Assembly: GCA_027340875.1 (NCBI GenBank)
Contig: DAIENX010000106.1
Location: 1-30,970 of the forward strand
Direction: 5' to 3'
DNA from: Elusimicrobiota bacterium
GTDB taxonomy: Bacteria > Elusimicrobiota > Elusimicrobia > Elusimicrobiales > UBA9959
DNA: 30,970 nucleotides
The position numbers were made by a program, and so were the translations under genes. This document shows positions 25,217 through 30,970 of the stretch, piece by piece (the first letter of the stretch is position 1; the number at the start of each line of letters is the position of its first letter). The notes below the pieces were generated by a model. It worked only from the letters and a program-made list of their open reading frames with translations. It was not told the origin of the DNA and searched no databases.

Positions 25217-26377
25217 TTAGCGCCTCCCCATGCCGGAGTAAATATCCACCAGCCTGGCGGCGGAAGCCTCCGCCGAGAATTCTTTTCGCACCCGCTCGCG
25301 CATACGCTCCCTGGAGGCGGCATCCATTCCGGGACCGGAGAGAGAGGCGAGGATCCCTTCGGCCAGCGCTGCGGGACCGACCTCCGTGACGTATATACCG
25401 AAGTCCCCCAGCATCTGCCTGTTCGCCGCGGTGTCGAAGCAGACCACCGGCAGGCCGAAGGCCATGTACGCAAGTATCTTCTGATTGCCCTCGGAGCCGC
25501 TAAGCTTGGGCGCTACGGCCGCGTCCGCCAGCGCCAGGTAGCGAGGCATCTCGGCGTAAGGCGTGCGGCCGGCGAAACGCACAACGTCGCCGACGCCCAG
25601 GCTCTCAGCCAGTCCGCGGTACTTTTCCGGCTCCGGGCCGCCGCAGATCAGGAATCGCGCAGCCGGAAGCCTCTCCTTAACGGCCGCGGCCGCCTCCAGC
25701 AGGCAATCCACGCCGTAATATTTATGCAGCGTACCCACATAGACAAGCACGCGGTCAGATGCCGAGAAGCCGAATTCCGAGCGCGGCAGCGGCCCGGCGG
25801 CCTCGAACCCGGAAACATCCACGACGTCATCGAGCTGGGCCATCTTCGCTGCGGGCACCCCGAACTCGGACGCCAGCGCCGAACCGGTGGCAGGGGAGGA
25901 ATAGACTATGAAGCGCGAGTTGCGGCATATGAATCGTTCCACGCCCCGGACAAGGCTGAGCAACAGGCCGTTGGTCACGGTGCCGCGGTCGCGCAGCTCG
26001 GCGGCCAGACCACCCTGCGCGTCCAGCAGCACAGGTTTCCGCTGGAGCCAGCCGATCAGGATGCCTATCAGCGCGCCCTCGTGCAGGTGTCCGTGGATGA
26101 CGTCCGGCCTGAACTTCCAGGCCGTGCGCAACGAGACGAAGAAGAGTAAGACATCTAGGTAGAGCCGGGATAGTTTCGCGCCGAGGGCCTCGCCGTCATA
26201 TCCCGGCAGATCCGGCGCGCGGACTATCTCCGCACAGTCGATGGCTCGGCCTGCGCCGTAGGCGGTCACAAGTACGCTGTGGCCGAGCTTCGTCAGGCCC
26301 TTAACCTGGTTATACACCCTGATAGAGAAGCCCCTGTCGACGAAGAACGGATTGGGGGCTATCGTTAGTATCTTCAT
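25217..26377 (-). CDS. Glycosyltransferase family 4 (GT-B)
   Basis: MKILTIAP, PDVIHGH, LVYVGTL...GVD and KILAYMAFGLPVVCFD. Confidence 0.9.
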   Translation of the reverse strand: MKILTIAPNPFFVDRGFSIRVYNQVKGLTKLGHSVLVTAYGAGRAIDCAEIVRAPDLPGYDGEALGAKLSRLYLDVLLFFVSLRTAWKFRPDVIHGHLHEGALIGILIGWLQRKPVLLDAQGGLAAELRDRGTVTNGLLLSLVRGVERFICRNSRFIVYSSPATGSALASEFGVPAAKMAQLDDVVDVSGFEAAGPLPRSEFGFSASDRVLVYVGTLHKYYGVDCLLEAAAAVKERLPAARFLICGGPEPEKYRGLAESLGVGDVVRFAGRTPYAEMPRYLALADAAVAPKLSGSEGNQKILAYMAFGLPVVCFDTAANRQMLGDFGIYVTEVGPAALAEGILASLSGPGMDAASRERMRERVRKEFSAEASAARLVDIYSGMGRR

Positions 26378-26401
26378 GACGACGCCTGGAGCAGGTTGTC
26401 T

Positions 26402-27784
26402 CTACATCAGTATCCAGTGATAGAAGCGCTTGGCGAGGTAGCCGAAGTGCCGGGGCGAGCGCACCTGCATCAGGTTGCGCAGCATGATGCCGGGGCGGAG
26501 GTAGAAACGCAGGAAGGCGGAGCGCTGTATGGAGCGAAGCCGTTCGCGCGTAACGCCTTTCGGCGCGTAAGGCACCTTCTGGAAGATCAGCCCGTCCACG
26601 TCCATCTTGCCTATCTCGCCGTCACGGATCAGCTTCAGCGTCACCGGCGTCATAGGCAGCGGCAGGAAAGTGAAGAAGTTGGCCCTCAACAGCGGCAGCT
26701 CGAGGGAGAACTTTATCGTCTCCGCCATGTCTTCGACCGTCTCTTCGGGGAAACCCAGGATGAAGAAGGCGGCCAGGTCTATTCCCTTCCTTTTTATAAG
26801 TTCCACCTTATCGCGGATCAGGGCCACGTTCAGCTGCTTGTCCATGCGCTTGAGCGTCTTGTCCGAGCCCGACTCGATGCCGACCGAGATCAGGTAGGTG
26901 CGGGCCGCCTTCATCAGGTCCAGCAGCTCGTCATCGAGCGTGTTGATGCGCACTCCGTTAGGGAAGGCGAGGGAGATAGGCAGCTTGCTGGCCACGATGC
27001 GCTTCAGGATGGAGACGGCGTGGGCCTTGTCCAGAGTGAAATTGTCGTCGACTATATGGATCTCGCGGATGCCGAACTTGTTATAGAGCGTTTCTATCTC
27101 TGCCATCACTGAATCCGCGCTGCGCTTGCGCATGTGCCTGCCGCTCAGTATGGGGGCCGTGCAGAAGCCGCAGGCGAAAGGACAGCCCCGGGTCGTGACG
27201 ATAGGGGCTATCGGGAACTGGTTGAAGAAGGCTCCGTGCTGGGCCGGCGGATATTCTTGGGGTCTTATCAGGTCCCAGGCCGGCGCGGGCAGGGCGTTGA
27301 TATCGGCTATGGGCCGGATCTCGTTGACGCGCAGCCCTCCGTTCTCGCGCCAGGCCAGGCCGGGCACGTCCGCCGGGGCGGCGCCACCGGAAAGCATCTT
27401 GATGAAAAGCGGGAAGCTCTCCTCTGTCTCGCCGCGCAGCAGGTAGGAGACCTCGGGCGCCAGGCGCTCCATGGTCTCCTCCGGACACAACGTGGGGTGA
27501 GGGCCTCCGGCTATGATGACGGCGCCTGGATTGGCGGCGGCCGCGAGAGCCGACAGCCTCTTCACCTCGCCTATCTCGGGGGAATAGCACTGGAACCCTA
27601 TGATGTCCGGGGAGAACCCGCGGACCTCCGCGGAAAAAAGGTCGTCGCGGCGGTCCATCTTGCCGAAGTCCAGCACGCGCACGTCGTTGGAGACGCGCAG
27701 CACGGCCGCGAGGTAGGCTATGCCCAGCGGGGGCTGGATATGGTCGCCTAGGGCGATGCCGGGTTTAACGAGCAGTATCTTCAT
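26402..27784 (-). CDS. Cobalamin (B12)-binding radical SAM protein
   Basis: PPLGIAYLAA and GGPHPT in the B12-binding domain. TTRGCPFACGFC (CxxxCxxC), DDNF, GIESG and FILGFPEET. Confidence 0.93.
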   Translation of the reverse strand: MKILLVKPGIALGDHIQPPLGIAYLAAVLRVSNDVRVLDFGKMDRRDDLFSAEVRGFSPDIIGFQCYSPEIGEVKRLSALAAAANPGAVIIAGGPHPTLCPEETMERLAPEVSYLLRGETEESFPLFIKMLSGGAAPADVPGLAWRENGGLRVNEIRPIADINALPAPAWDLIRPQEYPPAQHGAFFNQFPIAPIVTTRGCPFACGFCTAPILSGRHMRKRSADSVMAEIETLYNKFGIREIHIVDDNFTLDKAHAVSILKRIVASKLPISLAFPNGVRINTLDDELLDLMKAARTYLISVGIESGSDKTLKRMDKQLNVALIRDKVELIKRKGIDLAAFFILGFPEETVEDMAETIKFSLELPLLRANFFTFLPLPMTPVTLKLIRDGEIGKMDVDGLIFQKVPYAPKGVTRERLRSIQRSAFLRFYLRPGIMLRNLMQVRSPRHFGYLAKRFYHWILM

Positions 27785-27810
27785 CCGCGGAGAGATATGA
27801 TAGCAAATGC

Positions 27811-28203
27811 TTAAGAACCCTTTTCCTTCTCCAGCGCGGCCTTCACGTCGGACGGGATCTCCACAAGCTTCAGGTCCCTGCCCACGCAGACAAGGTCCGT
27901 CTCGGCCTTGCCTATCAGGCGCCCGTCCTGGTTGTGCAGGAGGTAGGCGAAGACTATCCGGTACGGGGAGAACTCCTTGATCCAGGCCTTGATGTCCAGC
28001 GTGTCTCCGTAGAGCGTGGGGGCCTTGTACTCCATCTCCTGCCGCCTTATCGCGAAGCCCACGCCCCTGTCCAGCAGACCCTTCACGCTGAGGCCGTTCC
28101 TCTCCAGCAGCTCCGAGCGCGCCTCCTCCAGGAAGCGCAGGTAGTTGGCGTGGTAGACCGCGCCGCTGGTGTCAGTGTCGTAATAGTAGATGCGCCTTTT
28201 CAT
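27811..28203 (-). CDS. Acyl-CoA thioesterase, YbgC/4HBT hot-dog family
   Basis: YYDTDTSGAVYHANYLRFLEEAR. SD GAGG before ATG 28203; alternative GTG 28209. Confidence 0.9.
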   Translation of the reverse strand: MKRRIYYYDTDTSGAVYHANYLRFLEEARSELLERNGLSVKGLLDRGVGFAIRRQEMEYKAPTLYGDTLDIKAWIKEFSPYRIVFAYLLHNQDGRLIGKAETDLVCVGRDLKLVEIPSDVKAALEKEKGS

Positions 28204-28205
28204 GT

Positions 28206-30806
28206 TCACCTCGCGTCAGCGTATTTCCATCCGACGCGACCATCAGCCAGTCTGTACGGATATACTTCCGGCTCTACCCTGGCGTAGGCGCGCACCCTGA
28301 AGTTATCGTAATAAGCGGCCTTACCGTAAGGGTAATCCCTGGCAGACAGGCCGAGTTGGTAGCCACCGCGAAACGTGGTAGATGCCGAAAGCAGTTGTTT
28401 CCCGCTCACCACTATCCTTATCCCATCTCCGGAGTCGACGATAGAATAAAAATATTTATCACCGGGCCTCAGGTCGTGAAAGGCCTTGGCTATCTCCGTA
28501 TCCCCAACGCTCCGCTGTTCATAAAGCAACACCTCCTTGTCGCTGGAGCAACCGTCCCCGAAAGAAAGCTTCAGGCCGGGGCCCATATTGTGCCCGAGGG
28601 TCAGGACCGCGCCGTTCCACCTCAGCGGCAGGTAATGGAACTGGCAATTGGAACCGGACTCATCGACAAGGCCGGAAAACTCCGCCACGTATTTTTCTGG
28701 CATGGGGCGAACGGTCTTAAGATACGCCTTCTGTATCGTGGCGCCGTAACTACGCCCCGTGAAAGCCAGGCGACCGCCTGTCTCTTCTACAGGACATTCA
28801 CCTTCTATCACGTCCCATTTTGCCCTGTTTATGACCCCATCGTCGAAATCGTCGAACAGGGGGAATACGGCGTCGCCGCTGCTTTCGGAAGCCGCGCCGC
28901 TGTTGCCGTAGTACATGTAGAAGTTCTTGACCGAGTTCTTGGCGAGGAAAGGGAACCTGACCCAGACCCGCGTCTCACCGGTCCCGCAGCCGCTTTCCAG
29001 CCAGTAGTTCATCCCGGTCCTCTCGTCGGAATTGGCGAAGCGCAGGTCCGAACAGTCCGGCTTCATCCTGCCGAGCTTTATCGGGGCGGCGCTGTCGAAC
29101 TTAACCAAGACCTGGTAATCCACGAGGGAGGCCCCGGACCGCTCGGCTATCCGGAAGTTCTCCCTGTATTTCCAGGCCGCCGGGAAATCCGCGGCTTTCC
29201 CGTACAGGTCCGCCTGCGACAGCGTTCCGCCCCAGCCGTCACCGCCTCCGGGCGCGAGCACCTGCCCGTTGGCCAGCTTGATAAGGGAACAGTATTGCCT
29301 CGGGGTGCTCATCGGGCCAATAGGCAAAAAAGTGCCGGCGGCGGGATCGTAAATTTCCGCGGACGCCAGGGGAACCAACTTCGTGCTGCCCCCGGCCACC
29401 AGGACCCTATTGTCGTCGAGCAGTACCGCGTCGAAATATTCCCTGGCAGCGCTCATGGAGCCGGTCCTGGTGAACCGGCCGGTGTCAGGATCGTATACTT
29501 CAGCCGATGAAACAACATCTGCGGCCGATATTCCTCCGGCCACCAGCACCCTGCCGTCAGCCAGCAATATCGCGATGTGCGCGACGTGGACCGTATTCAT
29601 GGAACCGGCAGGAGAGAACGTGCCCGTGGCGGGGTCGTACAGCTCGGCGGAAGCATATCTTGTCCCGCCGCCCCACCCGGATTGCCCTCCCGTTATCAGC
29701 ACCTTCCCGTTGCGCAGCAGCGTCGCGGTATGGAAGTTCCGCGGAACGCTCATTGAGCCGGTCGGCGTAAAAGTCCCGGTGGCGGGGTCGTACAGGTCGG
29801 CCGAGGCAGTGGACACGAAACCTCCGCTTACCGCGCCGCCCGCGATCAGCACCTTGCCGTTCGGGAGAAGAGTGGCGGTATGAAGCAGTCTGCTCGTGGA
29901 CATAGAACCAGTTGGAGAGAACGTCCCGCTAACCGGGTCATACAGTTCGGCGGAACTATATGCATGGTTGGCCGTATTAGCGCCCCCGGTCACCAGGACC
30001 TTTCCATTGGGCAGCAATGTCATGCCCTGATAGAATCTACCGATCGACATAGGTCCCGTAGCCTTAAAAGTAGCCGACGCCGGGTCATACAGCTCCGCGG
30101 AAGACAGACTGCCGCTGTCATTTTGGCCGCCGGCGATCAGCACCTTGCCGTTCCGCAGCAGGATCGCGCCGAACACGTAGCGGCCGACCGACATCGAAGC
30201 CGTAGGGAAGAAGTCCCGCGAGTGCGAGAATATGGCCGGCTGCGGCGCCGGCAATGGAGCGACCACGGTCTCACGTTGCGCCGGAGGCGCCGGTTCCGCG
30301 GAAAGGGGCTCCCAGTCAAGGGGGACCCTGGCCGAGGAAGCGGAGAGGATGCCAGCAGTCTCGGTCCTTATCACCCTGGCGTTTATCTCAAGCATTCCGC
30401 CGCTCTGAGGGGTCAGCGTCCCGGTTACCACGGCCTCCACCCCGAGAATCTTGCCGAGGCTCTTAATGCTGCTCTCGTCCACGCTGCCTGAATACTGCAG
30501 CTTCAGTTCCTCCATCACCTTCTCCAGGAGGTTACGCTCCACCACGTCCAGCTTGTTCTCCTGTGTCATCCGAGTAATGAGCCGCTCGGAAACCACTACG
30601 CCGTCGTCGGATTCTCTCCTGTCCGTGTAGGAAAACGGCAGGACGGCCACCTTCCTGTTCTGCATCTTGTCGCACGCCGCAGAGAGCCTCTCGGCCAGGA
30701 ACTCGTAAGGGTCCCGGCCTAAAGCATCCGCTATCCTGTCCTTCCGTACCGGCCCACCGCAGGCCGCCAGGAGCAACCCCAAGATTAAAAATCCCCTTTT
30801 TGTCAT
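28206..30806 (-). CDS. Multidomain lipoprotein: FlgO/CsgG-like domain + 7 Kelch repeats + DUF2341 + C-terminal beta-rich domain
   Basis: Lipobox LLAA-C. KVAVLPF...VVERNLLEKVMEELKL...LGKILGVEAVVTGT...INARVI. Seven GKVLxxGG...AELYDP repeats. DYQV...CSDLRF...YWLE...VWV...YMYYGN...FDDF. Confidence 0.85.
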   Translation of the reverse strand: MTKRGFLILGLLLAACGGPVRKDRIADALGRDPYEFLAERLSAACDKMQNRKVAVLPFSYTDRRESDDGVVVSERLITRMTQENKLDVVERNLLEKVMEELKLQYSGSVDESSIKSLGKILGVEAVVTGTLTPQSGGMLEINARVIRTETAGILSASSARVPLDWEPLSAEPAPPAQRETVVAPLPAPQPAIFSHSRDFFPTASMSVGRYVFGAILLRNGKVLIAGGQNDSGSLSSAELYDPASATFKATGPMSIGRFYQGMTLLPNGKVLVTGGANTANHAYSSAELYDPVSGTFSPTGSMSTSRLLHTATLLPNGKVLIAGGAVSGGFVSTASADLYDPATGTFTPTGSMSVPRNFHTATLLRNGKVLITGGQSGWGGGTRYASAELYDPATGTFSPAGSMNTVHVAHIAILLADGRVLVAGGISAADVVSSAEVYDPDTGRFTRTGSMSAAREYFDAVLLDDNRVLVAGGSTKLVPLASAEIYDPAAGTFLPIGPMSTPRQYCSLIKLANGQVLAPGGGDGWGGTLSQADLYGKAADFPAAWKYRENFRIAERSGASLVDYQVLVKFDSAAPIKLGRMKPDCSDLRFANSDERTGMNYWLESGCGTGETRVWVRFPFLAKNSVKNFYMYYGNSGAASESSGDAVFPLFDDFDDGVINRAKWDVIEGECPVEETGGRLAFTGRSYGATIQKAYLKTVRPMPEKYVAEFSGLVDESGSNCQFHYLPLRWNGAVLTLGHNMGPGLKLSFGDGCSSDKEVLLYEQRSVGDTEIAKAFHDLRPGDKYFYSIVDSGDGIRIVVSGKQLLSASTTFRGGYQLGLSARDYPYGKAAYYDNFRVRAYARVEPEVYPYRLADGRVGWKYADAR
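29200..30212 (-). repeat. Seven intragenic Kelch repeats (~48-51 aa each)
   Basis: FxxTGxMSxxR...LLxNGKVLxxGG...SAELYDPxxGT occurs seven times. Confidence 0.9.
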
Positions 30807-30810
30807 CCCG

Positions 30811-30970
30811 CTACTCTCCTATGATCTTTACCAGCACGCGCTTGGAGCGCTGCCCGTCGAACTCCCCGTAGAAGATCCTCTCCCACGGGCCGAAATCCAG
30901 TCGCCCCTTCGTGACGGCCACCACTACCTCGCGCCCCATCAGGGTGCGCTTGAGGTGGGAATCGCCGTTG
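30811..30970 (-). CDS. yjbQ: YjbQ/UPF0047 family protein, 3' part only
   Basis: Reads [52 protein letters not shown], with TAG at 30811-30813. Confidence 0.9.
   Translation of the reverse strand, partial: NGDSHLKRTLMGREVVVAVTKGRLDFGPWERIFYGEFDGQRSKRVLVKIIGE

Noticed and set aside
25440..25500. GT4 lacking the second Glu of the E-x7-E motif (SEGNQKILAYMA)
   Set aside because: The ORF is otherwise intact and this position varies among GT4 subfamilies; not enough to call a pseudogene or novelty.
29200..30212. Periodic DNA repeats as a CRISPR array or DGR template/variable repeat
   Set aside because: The repeats are in-frame, diverged Kelch blades. There are no identical repeat-spacer units and no cas or reverse transcriptase gene.
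45..30491. Many long overlapping ORFs in the track (e.g. 45..1013+, 1020..2750+, 4505..6391-, 4801..6207+, 10901..12631-, 14894..16108+, 18729..20000-, 28356..29510+)
   Set aside because: They are antisense or off-frame shadows of well-supported genes, with composition typical of high-GC DNA and no family motifs.

Overview
High-GC bacterial chromosomal window of housekeeping and accessory genes. Frequent ATA Ile codons and the gene content make an Elusimicrobiota-like lineage plausible, but this is inference only. In order it carries: a partial gene and a membrane-anchored FliG-like protein with no other flagellar genes nearby; a POT peptide transporter; a stand-alone cNMP-binding protein; a secreted hypothetical protein with a DKxxH...DxxAN motif; an APC amino-acid permease; a BMP/CUT2 nucleoside-type ABC operon; prfC; a 189-bp MITE-like element ahead of a polysaccharide deacetylase + GT4 pair; a secreted PLD3-like HKD enzyme; an EamA transporter; an M20 metallohydrolase; an M16B peptidase pair coupled to GT2, GT-C and a methyltransferase; and a convergent run of yjbQ (partial), a FlgO-Kelch-DUF2341 lipoprotein, an acyl-CoA thioesterase, a B12 radical SAM enzyme, a GT4 and a methyltransferase. 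No rRNA, tRNA, CRISPR array or transposase was seen. The best leads are the orphan FliG-like protein, the mosaic lipoprotein, the glycan-modification cluster with a B12 radical SAM, and two non-coding structured or mobile elements.
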